Source: Haliotis cracherodii (lineage: Eukaryota). Taken from it: a stretch of 64,000 nt of DNA. Shown here in pieces: positions 1-13,445 of the stretch; positions within the stretch are counted from its first letter, which is position 1, and each line of letters opens with the position of its first letter. The position numbers were made by a program, and so were the translations under genes. The notes under the pieces were generated by a model, which saw only the letters and a list, made by a program, of their open reading frames with translations, made no database searches and was not told the origin of the DNA. The DNA is taken from NCBI RefSeq assembly GCF_022045235.1, contig NW_027266341.1, positions 14,694,001 to 14,758,000 on the forward strand, written 5' to 3'.

Positions 1-62
1 AGAACCCTTAAACAGGTAAACAGCATTATATTAGCAGTTGATATCAGCAGAACATTCTCACT

Positions 63-227
63 GAGTGAGTGAGTATGGTTTTACGCCGCTTTTAGCAATA
101 TTCCAGCAATATCATGGCGGGGGACACCAGAAATGGGCTTCACACATTGTACCCATGTCAGGAATCGAACCCGGGTCTTCGGCGTGACAAGCGAACGCTT
201 TAACCACTAGGCTACCCAACCGCCCCC
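63..227 (-). mobile_element. SINE family A (tRNA-Asp-like head, ~165 bp)
   Basis: A box TAGCCTAGTGG, GTC anticodon-like loop, B box GGTTCGATTCC, (ACTC)n tail, TSD AGAACATTCTCA. Other copies: 2558-2727(-), 20172-20336, 29762-29926, 39160-39324, 52122-52271(+), 55542-55680(-). Confidence 0.9.
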
Positions 228-460
228 AGAACATTCTCAACATGAAGCTGGTTGTTGACATTTGACACTTTGTGGAAACCAATGATCAGATTATTATAAG
301 AGCATTGCTCATTTCAGGATTTTAGTTGGAGACATGTTATATTTTCCTGTAAAGCACCAAACAAGTCGGGGGGGGGGGGGGGGGGGGAACTCTTATTTTT
401 TTTCAGGACATCCACCATGTCCAATAAACATTAGGAAAAATTTACATTGTTCAGTAAAAC

Positions 461-862
461 CATCTTCCCGAGGCAAGGGAGATAACTGACAATAAAAGTC
501 CAGTTTTCACCCTTTCCGAACTTGGCTGGAATTCCGGAGTTACATTTTGGCTTGACTAACAAGTCTATGCATAGTCCAAATCAAAATCTTGAGATGAACT
601 AGACATCCAGTTTACAAACAACATGGATTTCAACGTGCAGATTTCGGTCGACTGCAGGCTTTGCAAAGCATGTTTACAGCCAACTGGGCGTCAACAGATA
701 TTTTGCAAATCTTATCATGTTTTTAAAGATGGTGCTCAAGTGATTTGATGCATTTCGCGAGTTAAGATCTGCACTAGGATCAAGCCTGGAAATTCCAGCC
801 TATTTTGGCAAGGTGAAAACTGAACTTATATAGTCAGTTAACGCCCTTGCCTCGGGAAAATG
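461..862. mobile_element. MITE with ~75-bp TIRs (CAT...ATG ends) and an 8-bp TSD
   Basis: CATCTTCCCGAGGCAAGGG...CCCTTGCCTCGGGAAAATG; flanks AGTAAAAC / GGTAAAAC (one mismatch), consistent with a P- or hAT-type element. Confidence 0.85.
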
Positions 863-1298
863 GGTAAAACTAGTGGGCAAATATATTTTCCAGCATTTTC
901 GTGTACATTTCTTTTTTCTTCAAATAATCTCAGCCCCACCGTGAAAATATATAAGGCTCCCTCTCTTACTTTAAATCCTAATTCTGTCACCCAAGTACAA
1001 AATCCAAGTATGACAATGCTTGTCGTACGAGGCTATCAACGGGATCAGGTGGTCACTGACTTGGTTGATGCATGTCCTTGTATCCCAATTGCTTGGAATG
1101 ATGCTCATGATGTCAGTCACTGGATTGTCTGGTCTAGACTCGATTATTACAGACGTGCCATCATATAACTGTAATGATGCCGAGTGTGGCGTTTAACAAC
1201 AAACAGACATCAAAGTGCAAGATCCGATCTGAGTAAGGCAGCAGTGTGAGGGATACTGTTGTCCCATCACTGACATACATGATTCTTCTTGTACTCAC

Positions 1299-4200
1299 AT
1301 TTCATCTTCAGGTTTTAATAGTCCTCTTGCAGCCAAGCCCATGTGACTGTTAGGAATCTTAGCAATTATTTTCTTCTTACATGTCTCAAAGTAAGACATC
1401 TTGCCCACAATGAAGCCCAAGATACAGGCACCTACATCAACAGAAACACAGATAATCAACATTACAATGTGCAGAGTTGGATCCCTTAGGCGAGCAAGGA
1501 TCCTATATCTGTGAGGGTGAATCCTGTTATTTGTTTTCACAAGACAGCCACCTACGTCAACATAACACAGTTCGACATTACACTTCTGTTTGTTTCTTCA
1601 TTTCCTCGGAACACATTGTGCAGTTATGTCCCTTAGGTGTGCAAGGATTCTATAATCATGCATTTGATTCCTAGATTAGTTCTTATAATGATCTTTGGTT
1701 TGTCACCACTATACCAGTGCTCGTGGGTTTCTAGCGAAATAGAAAACGTCTGAATCACTTGGGGCTTTCCTCCCACACGAAGCTGACATGCTCTAATATG
1801 ACTGAAACACTGTTCATAGCACTTCACTTGGCAGTCTGCGATATTAGCAACTAGCCTCAAGTCCAAGTTCAGTAAAACATAAATGTAGCTGATTGACAGT
1901 GTACAAAATTGCCAAACATTCCAGTCAGACAACTGGACTGGCAAAGTTACCAGACCAGATAAAATGTTGCCAGACCAGAATTTCTAGACTAACGAAAAAA
2001 AGCAGGAAAAAGGTAAGGACAAGAATAGTTCTTAGAAAATAACAATTAAGTGCTGAATTGTTATCTTGGTAACTTTAACTCGACCATTGGGGGTGCAACT
2101 TTTAAAACGACCGTCAGCAAAACAGGCCGTCTTGGACTATTAGGCAGGAAAATGCATATATAAACACAAAAGTATACTTCTGGCTTCTGTCAGTCTGTTG
2201 ACACTCACTCTTCATTCAGCAGTCTGATGTAAACTACTTGTCTGCAATTCGGGCCAATTTCTTTCAGTCAAGTAAGCATAGCCAATAAAAATCTGTACAT
2301 TAAAAACTGTAAATGGCAACAAGTAACAATTTGGGGCAGATAGAACCAAACATTTTGGCACCAACTGTTTTGGTTCACAACTTTTAGAAAATATTGTCTT
2401 CACCAATGATATCTTGAACATACATGCTGATGCTATTATCACAAAGTACATAAATTACGAGCATGTAGTGTTCGGTTGTTTTCTACTCACCAATATGCTT
2501 GGGATAAACTCCATATGATGGAGAACGTCCTAAAACACCTGAAACAAAGGACAAGAAGAGTGAGTGAGTGAGTATTTTTTTACGATGCTATTAGCAATTT
2601 TCGAGCAATATCACGGCAGGGGGACACCAGAGAAGATGCTTCACACATTTAACCCATGTGGGGAATCGAACCCCGGTCTCCGGCGTGACGAGCCAACACT
2701 TTAACCACAAGGCTACCCCACCGCCCCTGGACGTGAAGAAGAATATATGGTGTTAATACACACACAACAAATGTGACACAACCCTAACTTGCCCACAACA
2801 GAAGATGTCCTATATACCACTATATGAAGTGACATTTCAGGGCACTTGCCTCCATGCTGCAAAAGGCGTAGATCTTACTGACCCAATACAGGAAGGTGTA
2901 AACTCAAATGTTTCTTTCAACACTTGCCATTTCAAAATATGAATATCAGTTCAATAATTTGATTAACTACTTTGCTTGATGTCAACATGATATCAAATAT
3001 TGACAGAGAGAGGCATCAAGTCAGAGTGCAAGATCTTAAAGGATATTGTAGAAAGTGTACAAACATTTGCTTGAAGAAAAAATCACAATGTCCATGCCCT
3101 CATTCACCTTGATTGATCTTCTTTTGTTCATAAACTCAAAATAATAACAAGATGATGCTAGAGTGAGTGAGTGAGTTGGGTTTAACGCCGCTTTTAACAG
3201 TATTCCAGTTATATTGTGGCATGTCAGCTTAATGTGGGAGGAAAGCCCGAAGTGATGCAGGTCTCAGACGTTTACCACTTCGGTGAAACCCACGAGCACG
3301 GGTATGGTGCTGACGAACCTAGAAACATAAATCGGGGCGAACCCACAATCATAGGTTTCTGGCATGCCCAAGGGACGTAACTCTGCACAGCAAATCGTGG
3401 CGCCTTAGACGACTGGGCCACCGGTGCCCGAGATGATGCTAGAATACCCATGAGTTATTCACGACCTCATTTCATTTGCTTCCTTAAACCAGACATGTGT
3501 GACTACTACAAAGCATTGTGGTCCATTTACAGTGATGAAGGTTGGTTGGTTGGTTTGTTGTTTAATGCCCCACTCAGAAATATTCCAGCTATATGACAGC
3601 AGTCTGTAAATAATCGAATCTGGACCAGATAATCCAGTGATTGATATCATGAGCATTGATCAACGCAGTTGTAATTGTATCAACCAAGTCAGCGAGCCTG
3701 ACCACCCAATCCTGTTAGTCGCCTTTAACGACAAGCATAGTCACCTTTTACGGCAGGCATGGGTTGTTGAAGACCTATTCTACCCCGGATCTTCATGGGT
3801 CCAGTGATGGTAGTTTCATTAAACTTACACAGTAATGTGCATGCACATGTGTGTGTCGCTGCTTGTACGGGTCCAGACTAATACTGGTTTGATAGTGCTA
3901 GCCCACTGAGATACCATGCCACAGTTTAACACGGATACCCCACTCAGAATCTGAGCTGACCAGTCCTTGTTTTATAAGTACCATCTTTTTAATGTCTTTT
4001 GGTATGATGCAGCCTGGAATCTAACGACAGACCTTCCTCTCTCTGGGCAGAAGCTAAATCTATTAGACCATGGAGGCATCCATCTATGAAGCATGCACAA
4101 GTATTGTTTTCATACATTTAGCATCTTGCCACCAAAGGGAGATAATCCATATTTATTTCTGATTGAAATTCTTGTAAAAAAAAGTGGATCCATAAAATAA

Positions 4201-7200
4201 AATTGTCTATATCATGTTGAAGTATTGTGGTTGGTCGGTTGGTTTGTTGTTTAACGCCACACTCAGCAATATTTCAATAATACTTATTCGAATGTGGACC
4301 AGACAATCCAGTGATTGAGTGAGTGAGAGGGTTTGGTTTAACGCCGCTTTTAACAGTATTCCAGTTATATCGCAGCGTGTCAACTTAATGTGGGAGGAAA
4401 GCCCGAAGTGATGCAGGTCTCAGACGTTTACCACTTCGGTGAAACCCACGAGCACGAGCGTGGTGCTGACAAACATAGAAACATAATCGGGGCGAACCGG
4501 GATTCGAACCCACAATCATAGGTTTCTGGTGTGCCAAAGGGACGCAACTCTGCACTCTGTACTGATCCATGCAATTGGGATCGATGACATGCTTCAACCA
4601 AGTCAGCGAGCCTGACCACCCGATCCTGTTAGCTGCCTCTTACAACATGCATAGACGCTTTTACGGCAAGCATGGGTTGCTGAAGACCTATTCTACCCCG
4701 GATCTTCACGGTCTGAAGTATTGTGACATGCAGCATATGTAGGACTGAATCCCATGTGTACATCGTTTTATGTACTGTGCATTAGGTGATGGAAACAGAA
4801 CAAAAAAGCTTGTAATTATAACATATAATACACAAAGGGAGAAGAGCGAAAGAGTGCCAACGAACAACATCGATCTCTCAAAACCAAACGGGTCATTCAG
4901 CAAACCATGGTCAGAGGAAAGTACAAAAAGACGGAATTGTGAAAAATAACATTCCCTGACTATAACAGAAATGAACACGGATTATGTGTGACGACAAAGT
5001 GTATAATTTCATGATTACACTCTTTTGAGGTCTTTCTTTGACATAAATATTTCAATGCTAACAAGGAGTCACAACGAAAACACAACCAACTCTACATATG
5101 ATGAAATGAAACAGGTGGTTCCAAACAAATGTTATTGGTTCAAAACTTGAAGCAAAAGGTGAACAGATCACTCGAGTTGCACGATGACAATGGAATAGTT
5201 CATATTGATAGGTAGTTTCAGCTATACGACTGCAATAAAACATAGTTAGATGAATAGAGTGACCTCGCAACAAGTATTTCTTGTGAGAGTCGGACTAACA
5301 TACATACATACCCCTGTTAACAAGAAGCTGAACGCCAGCCATCAGACTCAGGCTGAGAGGCAGGCCTTGTGGGATACAGAAAGGAAAACATGTCATTATT
5401 TCAATTAACAGTAATATTGCAAATGGTTAGCAGGAAAAAAAGTTACATCCATATCAAATTTATTTAATTAGAACTACTGACAAGTACATTGAGAAAAGCA
5501 CATTATTGAAACGTGGGCAAATAATCCATACAATTTTATTTCTTTAATGATAGTGATGCAAATGTGGGAAATATCTTACGAAGTTTATTGATAGTGAGGG
5601 AAGATCCTGATTGTAATTACTGGATTGAGGCTTCAAAGTTTCAAAGCATTTTTGTGTCTTCCTACACAGGGTAAAGTGACAATGGAGGAAGTTGTAAGAG
5701 TAAGAAGCCACATGTTTTATTTACCCTTAAAAATATATAAAAGAATTGGTTCTCAGGCAATGGCTTTTGAAAATACAGTGCAGGTTGGCGGTGTCTTTTT
5801 GTTGTTGTTCACACTTGTATGTAACCAAATAAACAGTTGTGTACACTCAACCCGTGAAGGGCCTACATAAAAGTATTCTTTGATGACTTAAATACTGGAA
5901 TACAGTATTTGACTACCCTTGGACTTGGAATAATTAATTATATTTTTTTTAAATGGAAACAAAAACGAATTTGATGATGCAGGTGGTGACTGAGAACCAA
6001 GACTTATTTTTTTAGCCTCAGATTACACTGATTAACAAGATTAAACTGGAGTTCAAGGATGGGAAAAAGAAGACACCTGTAAATGCATTCAACAAACCAT
6101 TTTTGACATCAACTTGATCAGATGTAATTCTTTTGAAGGTACAGTCATTCATATCTTTTGCTAGATGTTTATAATTACTATCACATCAAGAAATATATTT
6201 TCATTATTGTATTTTGTTGTGAATAATGGTGAATACTTACATCGATAATAGAAACTTTCTTTGTTGCATTCATTGATAACCTCTTGTTCCTCCTTTGTTA
6301 AGGTATGGCGCTGTAATACAAGAGGTCAATCTGGTTATATTTTACTTTCTATTTTATCTCCTTCATCGGGCAGTTAATGGAAGACCTCGGCTTCTGCAAA
6401 TGATAATGCCCTGCAAAATAGCTTTACCCTTATAATGTATGCCAACAGTCAGTCTAGGTATCATAAAACACTCAGCCTTGTGTTTAGTGTAATGTAACAT
6501 GTTAGCAATGGACACAGATTCACAGAGTCTAAGACATGTCGCTTTATCTTTGTAGTGCTATTTCAAGACTACATCGCGAGAAAGGGTTTCGGAGAAAATA
6601 CACTGAACAAACGAACCAATCTGTGTTTTGCAATCACTTGTAATCCATGCGTCCAAGAAGGGGATCATCCTAATTATATTCTTCACTACCATGTCTACCA
6701 TCGGTCAATGGTAGGGGTTCATTTGTACGTATTCGAAATCACCAATTCATCTCTTGGGAAACATTAACATTAGGGCTGGGACAGGTAACTCGGGTCGGGT
6801 GGGTACTGAGTAGGACCAGGGTACCCACAGGACTACCCTGACCCAAGGTTAGCCACGTGATAATTTGTTTAATGATAAACATTATCTAAAACTCTGTGAT
6901 TACACAAGTCACTAATGTTCACACTTATTTCTGACTATGCACGCATTCCCTCTGACTTGTATGTGTTTGAATAATGATAAAACTTCTGTCAACTTCAGTG
7001 TATGCATGACCAGGGCCCACTTGCACAAAGCGATCTAAGCGCTAAGATGATCTTAATTCCCATACTTTAACATAGGCTAAGATCGCTTTGAGCAAGTGGG
7101 CCCAGCTGAGATCGTTTCATACCGTGTATCTGAATACATTTTGCCAGGGAAATAGCTAGAATATTGCTGAGGGCGACGTTAAACACTTAAGTGATTAAAT

Positions 7201-7654
7201 TTCATCAAAAGAGCATCGCTAGTAATGGTGGCAACATATATACCAATACCCTGAAAAAACATGTAAGAAAACATAAAGTGACCTGTGAATACTACCATGC
7301 AATATCGTCAAAACTTTCATCACTTGGAGCCTCATCATTCCTACGTGTTTATTTCATGACAGTTTAATTCTTAAATATAGATTAATAATCGACATTGCCC
7401 TGGACAAATGGTTAATACAATTGTCCTTTAAACCAGAGGCAATGACACGAGAATTCAATAAATTGTCATATGATTTGGTCTGTCGTTATTTCGGTTATGT
7501 ATTGCATGACAAACAACGATTAGGACACAGTCATTAAACCCTAAATACAAAAGTAATCTTTGTGTCTTGGAATGAGGAACCAGATACGTACCATCAGAGG
7601 CCGCTGCCCCTGTTGTTGCTTCTGATGTTGTTGTGAAGCATTGGGCGCAGACAT
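1299..7654 (-). CDS. OCIAD1: OCIA domain-containing protein 1-like (asrij), 5' part; gene continues past the left window edge
   Basis: Hand-spliced minus-strand exons 7654-7592, 6310-6241, 5365-5312, 2538-2491, 1431-1299, all GT-AG and phase-consistent. Translation: MSAPNASQQHQKQQQGQRPLM-RHTLTKEEQEVINECNKESFYYR-CLPLSLSLMAGVQLLVNRG-VLGRSPSYGVYPKHIG-ACILGFIVGKMSYFETCKKKIIAKIPNSHMGLAARGLLKPEDE... Matches the OCIA motifs EE..V..ECN.ESF..R..P, YG..PK and G...GK.SY..TC..K. Confidence 0.92.
3161..3430 (-). mobile_element. SINE family B in an OCIAD1 intron
   Basis: Copy bounded by the TSD AGATGATGCTAGA. Confidence 0.9.
7014..7102. mobile_element. Short palindromic MITE, PIF/Harbinger-like
   Basis: GGCCCACTTGCACAAAGCGATCT...AGATCGCTTTGAGCAAGTGGGCC with a CAG 3-bp TSD. 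Confidence 0.75.
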
Positions 7655-8439
7655 CTTGAAGGCTATGTACTTTTAGAGTTACCCGCCCTTGTCTTTGCAT
7701 TAATTGAAGCGGTCGTAAAATAAGTAACTCTTGTTACAAAGCAGAAGCTGCAAACCTACTCCATCAGTTCACGTAGTGATCAAGTTTTCGTTCGTGTATA
7801 ATTTAACCACCGTTAACGTATGGCCATCTGGAAGTGTTTTGCTGCAGGTTGGGACGTTCTGAGCATGTTTGTCTAAGAAATTCTGTGGGTGGTCGAATCA
7901 CACTATGAATGAACTGTTTTATCTTGTCTTGTCTTGACTGTCACAATAGGAACACTTTTAGATGCTGAACCGGTTATCAAATTTTTATATGAGTGATTTA
8001 TTTTTAGATCGTACTCTGAAACCATACAATCTGATTAAATTTAGATACCTTGGTTCCCAACTACATCATCTAATTTACGGATGACCCGTAGCCCACATCA
8101 CCTGAAAACTGGCATTGATACACGTTGGTGGCCATGGTCAATCAATCAAGTTTGTTTCGTAGTTCAGGCCACATGGCCCATAGTACACTTGTAAGATGAA
8201 TTATATTTTAGATCACGTGTCCAGGGTGTTACATCTTTGACGATCTCATTTTCAATAATGTACATAAAAATAAAGTTATCAAGCGTAGTACATTAATATC
8301 CCAGGAGTTAAATAAATTTGCAAACGTTATATGACCTTTATAATGTTTATGTAATGAGGTACAAAACTATTTCTCACACACAACAAAAGATATGATATTA
8401 ACTAAATCTACTAAATGAAATTACATATATATTCTGTAT

Positions 8440-9075
8440 GAGGCATATTTTACGAATAATGTCTCAAACGTTTACACATTACTCTTACTAATCGTTTATC
8501 TCTGAGAACAGTTATATAAACTTCGGTTTGCAGAAGAGCTTTTATACAAACATAATGCACTAAAAAAGCTGAGGATTCCAAACTTGGGTACCCTGATTGG
8601 AATTAGAAATCTCTTAAGCGCCTTCTAAATGCAGACAAAAACATGGTCTTGTCACCAACATCTTAGAATAACCACACATACGCAAGGCCTCTATTAAATA
8701 ACAATTGTCTCACATACGATGCCAAGCTGACTTTTCCATTCTCATATAATACTATAAGTATAACATAACTTTGGAAGGGGTAACGACTTGTATTCATTCG
8801 CAAAAGCTAAGGCAGCACTTATTACCCTTATTAGCGTATTTATTAACATCCAATGACGTCCAGTTTCACCCAGAATAGCTTTGCTGTAAACTTACCAACA
8901 TCAAGAAAACGTTTAAAATAACATGTTTGCATCTTTGCTCTAGACCATATTAACCGTGTGAGAAACAAAATTCCAAGATATTTATAGTACGTTGCCGTCC
9001 TTATCTTCACATTATCCAGTGTCCATGCTTCACACTGAGTTATTATCCCCCCATTTCTAAATACAATCCGGCAAC
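8440..9075 (-). mobile_element. Highly decayed LINE ORF2 C-terminal fragment
   Basis: IVFRNGG...W...YKYLGILF..RL.W, a post-RT motif of L2/Crack-type LINEs; multiple frameshifts. Confidence 0.7.
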
Positions 9076-9622
9076 AATGCATTTTACCGGGCGCAGCCCG
9101 AGCTCTACCATCCGCTCAATTACCGCGCTATAGAGCCACCGCTGCCTCGCTATACCGTTACCATAGCTCACGCTCTGGTCTCTCGCTTCACGATCAAACA
9201 CCCGTTTTCGGTCTTTGGGAAACTTTCACGTCTTAACGATCCAACACCCGTTTTCGGTCCTTAGGGTAGCTTGCTTAAGGCAAGTGTTAGCCATAAATTC
9301 TTACCTTTTCAAGCGTTAATCCGGTTAATCCGATTGGCAATGTTGGCAATTCATTGTTTACTGAAGACGCATGTTAATGGGGTGCTAATGACCCGTTAAA
9401 CGAGCACTGTGATTACACGTGATAACGGTCGTGGTCAGTGGTAGAGCGTCGGCCAATTAGCTAAAGCCGGTGAGCCCCCACAGCGCTAATTGGATGTGAA
9501 AAAGTTCGCCCGGTCAAGTGCACTACCCCGGTAAAGTACACTGATTGGGTACACATATTATCTCCAAATAATATGAACCTAAATCTATTTTATATTGTCT
9601 TTTTGGATTTTTTACATTTTTT

Positions 9623-9876
9623 TTATTTAACGCCGCACTCAGCAATATTCCAGCTATATGACGGCGGTCTGTAAATAATCGAGTCTGGACCAGACAATCC
9701 GGTGATTAACATCATGAGCACCGATCCACGCAAATTGGGACCGATGACATGCATCAAACAAGTCAGAGAGCCTGACCACACGATCCCGTTAGTCGCCTTT
9801 GACGACAAGCATAGTCGCCTTTTACGTCAAGCATGGGTTGCTGAAGACCTATTCTACCCCGGATCTTCACGGGTCG
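9623..9876 (-). mobile_element. SINE-like family D (no tRNA head, ~255 bp; the most abundant repeat here)
   Basis: 5' GACCCGTGAAGATCCGGGGTAGAATAGGTCTTCAGCAACCC...3' ...GCTGGAATATTGCTGAGTGCGGCGTTAAAC(AACC/AAAC)n. Copies at ~1015-1205(+), 3540-3801(-), 4228-4713(-), 11184-11300(+), 24750-25001(-), 25205-25511(-) and their unit paralogs, 53041-53387, 53822-54046(+), 54355-54705, 59000-59198(+), 62238-62503(+), 63722-63942(+). Confidence 0.88.
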
Positions 9877-10021
9877 TCTTTTTAGTGATGTTAATTCAAT
9901 ACCACCATGGCTAATGTGCAAGTTGCAGTTTATGTCTTACCACATACTCGTGTCAGTAGGTGTGCTCTTAATGGACAAAAGTATAAATTGAATAGGATAA
10001 AAGGAGATACTTCTTGCTGGA

Positions 10022-10286
10022 TCATACCAATAGACGTTAAAAGATGGTACTTGTTGTTACCCTGTCTGGCGCTTGGCATTAAGGGGCTAAAACAAGGACT
10101 GGTCGGCTCGGAGTCAGTATACTGTGTCTGAGTGGGGTATTCATGTTAAACTGCGGCATGGTATCTCAGTGTGCTAGCACTATAAATCGGCATCAATCCG
10201 GACTAGTACAAGCAGCCACACACATACACACACGTGCATGCACGTCGCTATATAAGTGCAATAATCTTGGACGCGACGTTAAACCC
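10022..10286 (+). mobile_element. SINE family C, 5'-truncated
   Basis: Same core, (TCACC)n tail, TSD TCTTGCTGGA. Confidence 0.85.
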
Positions 10287-11574
10287 CATTTCACCTCACC
10301 TCACCTCTTGCTGGAGATGTAGTTTTCAGCAATACAATGGAACTATTCAGACCATCAGTGACCGTATTATCAAGACTGGGCCGGCTCAGCATTACCACTG
10401 GGCACTGGATACTGAACATGTTACAACGATACAGGGCATTACATGTATGTATATATTTACACATTATATTTAGTGTAATATAATTATGGCTACATATGTG
10501 AACCACTTCACTTATTTCCCAGTCCGATGAACACCGTCACTTTACACCGAACAACCTGACTGTCAATAATAAATGATCTTCACTGTTCAAATAGTACATG
10601 TTCCCTCAGCCAGAACGATGTTTGGAGGGAAAAATATGTGACCTCATCGTTCCTAGCCAATCAGAAGCTATTCAGAAAATCTATTGGCTTAAATACATCC
10701 AATAGGACACACGGCATTATTAGTCAGTGATTACGCGGCTTCATGTTGAGGCAAAAATCACTTCCCGCTACACAATAGTGTCATATATACTGACGGGCGA
10801 AAGAACGTTTACACTTGAAAACAAGATACAAAAAAATATTGTTTGTTTGTTTTTTAACGCCGCACTCAGCAAAAGTTTTAGCTATATGAAGGCAGTCTGA
10901 AAATAATCGAGTCTGGACCAGATACTCCAGTGATTGTACGCAATTGGGATATGATGAAAAATTATCAAAGGGTTACATGGCTGAGAACAGTTGCCGAAAC
11001 ACTGCAAACGAAAGTTCCAAAACACAACTATGATTCCCGTATCGAATACATCACCATGGAATAACGATTTCTTGTTTGTATCATTTTAGTCACCATCGAA
11101 CATGGGTATATATTTTCTTTTGCCCGGCAGTTTATTTGTTTTTATGATCACAGTGACCACTCGTTTGATCGGATACCCTTACTGTCATCAATTGCGTGGA
11201 TCGATGCTCATGATGTCAATCACTGGATTGTCTGGTCCAGACTCGATTATTTACAGGCCGCCGTCACATAGCTGGAATATTGCTGAGTGTGGCGTTAAAT
11301 AAAAAAAATGTAAAAAATCCAAAAAGACAATATAAAATAGATTTTTTTTTCAATGTCAGCTCCAGTGCAAGGAACATCATCCGTGCGTGCGTGATCGCAA
11401 ACCCAACACGTTGCAGACAAATATGAGCATGTGTATTTTGATTGGTTGTAATTTAGCCAGTCTCTTTGTTACCGCCCTGATTGGCTGGGGCGCCTCTCAC
11501 TCCGATGAACACCATCTCTACCTGTGTTCTGCATGAGTGAATATAGCCCATGTTCTCCAAGACCCACAATTAGT

Positions 11575-13445
11575 GTGTGTGTGAGAGATAGTTATTTTAT
11601 TAACGTGTCACGTGTTAAAAAGAGAGATATATACATGTTCTTTGGCATATTAAAAAGTAACACCCAGCCATGAGGTTTATGAGACACAATATAACATTAT
11701 ACACATTATAAACTATAAAATACATTGACAATAAAATGCTATATGCCTAGCTAAATGATTGCTTACGTTTAAACATCTTTAAATGTGCACTGGCTAACAA
11801 AGGCTGAATTTCATTACATTTTAAAATATAAATAAAAGTGTCTTCAACGCTAATATTTTCAAATAACGGATACATTAAAACAATACATTCTCTAAGTAAA
11901 ATACTTTTAAGATCATCATATAAAGGACATAACATTAAAAAGTGAAATTCATCTTCGACAAACTTTTGATGAACAAATTTAAAACAGTGCGGTCAGATTC
12001 TATTTTCTAAAAGGGTTGGTGGAGTTGTTAAACGTCCTGTTTCGATAGCCAGGAGTAAAGATCCAGACCTAAAACTAGCTAAAATGCGACGGTGGTCCCT
12101 GTATTTAATACTTAAAACATAGGGAGCAACAACGTTACGATCATGAAATTGCCTGAAAGTTCTTAGTTTATTACCATTAACGTTACGTTTATCGTTCCAA
12201 AAGCTCACTTCTCCATCTCAGTTCATCTTTTTTTATGAAAACGTTTTTAATATGGGCAATTTTCTTCTGTCGGGACATTGGAGCAGTTAGAACATCATAG
12301 ATATTAAGGTTACAGGCGATTTTAACAACTTTAGTGTTCCATGAACTTTTATAAGACTTAGACATAGTAAACATTTTCTTAATCAAATCGTTACAAGTAC
12401 TATTGTTAATCTTGATGTACAGTACTAGTCTGATAACATTACATGAAATTTAACAAACGGGGAGGAGAGACCCATGTCTCCATTAGTGGCTATATTGGAG
12501 ATACGTTTACTAACACCAAGAAATAATTTACAGGCTCTATTATGGATTAGATTAACTTCTCTATAAACGTTCAATCTCAATATGCTAAAGCCATAAAACA
12601 TTACCGACTCAACAAGACTTTCATACAATTTCATAAAAACAGTTTTGTGGTTTTTCTATACTGAATTATAGACGTTAAAACCTATAAATAATCAATAAAA
12701 TCTCTTTTTGATCTAAAACCATTTTGCTCATCTGCTAGGATATTGTTCTTTTCAAGCCACTCAGTTAGTCTTGAATTGAGTACATCAGCATATACTTTAC
12801 AGGGAATAGATGTTACAGCGATACCTCTATATTCTAAAGGGTTTCTTAAATCCTTCACACCAGTCTTAGGAATAGGATGGATTATACCGCTGTTCCACAT
12901 AACTGGTACAGTTCCATTTTCAAAGCAGTATTTAATAATTCTGTACAACAAATCAACTGAACTTACATTTTTTAACACTTCAGCAGCAATATCATCTGCA
13001 CCTGCAGCTTTTCCACTCTTAAGTCTAAAAACAGCCTTTTCAACTTCCTGCACTGAAATAGGTTTATTTAAAATGTAAGTATCGAACATGGGAGACTGAT
13101 CTAATGTAGGGTTCACATTTAAAATACCATCACCAGGTGCTGTGTTAAGTAGTGACTGATATGCATTTTTCCATTTTGATAAAACAGAGTCACAATCATA
13201 TCGGATGTTTCCATCATCATCAGTGGCTTCAAAAGGAACTTGGCCATTTCTATCATCAGCCAGTCCGATTTTTCCAATATTTTTCCGAAAGTCTTTTCCA
13301 TTATTTTGATCAAATGACGCAGCCAGTTTATTTTGCTGATCAAGCGCGTAGTTGCACTTCATTTTACGGTTAGTGCTGTCAAATGTTTTTCTTTTATCTG
13401 TATATAACTTTTTTAGCTTTCTTTTTTAAAAGGGACCAGACGTTA
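11575..13445 (-). mobile_element. Decayed LINE (L2/Crack/Daphne-like) ORF2 fragment with 3' tail
   Basis: KSGKAAGADDIAAEVLK, GIIHPIPK, YRGIAV, EQNGFR, then KLRTF..PYV..FRSGSLLLAIETGR..VEDEFHF.LCPLY. The RT core (YADD region) is deleted near 12680. AATAAA plus (CA)n tail at ~11575-11600. Confidence 0.88.
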
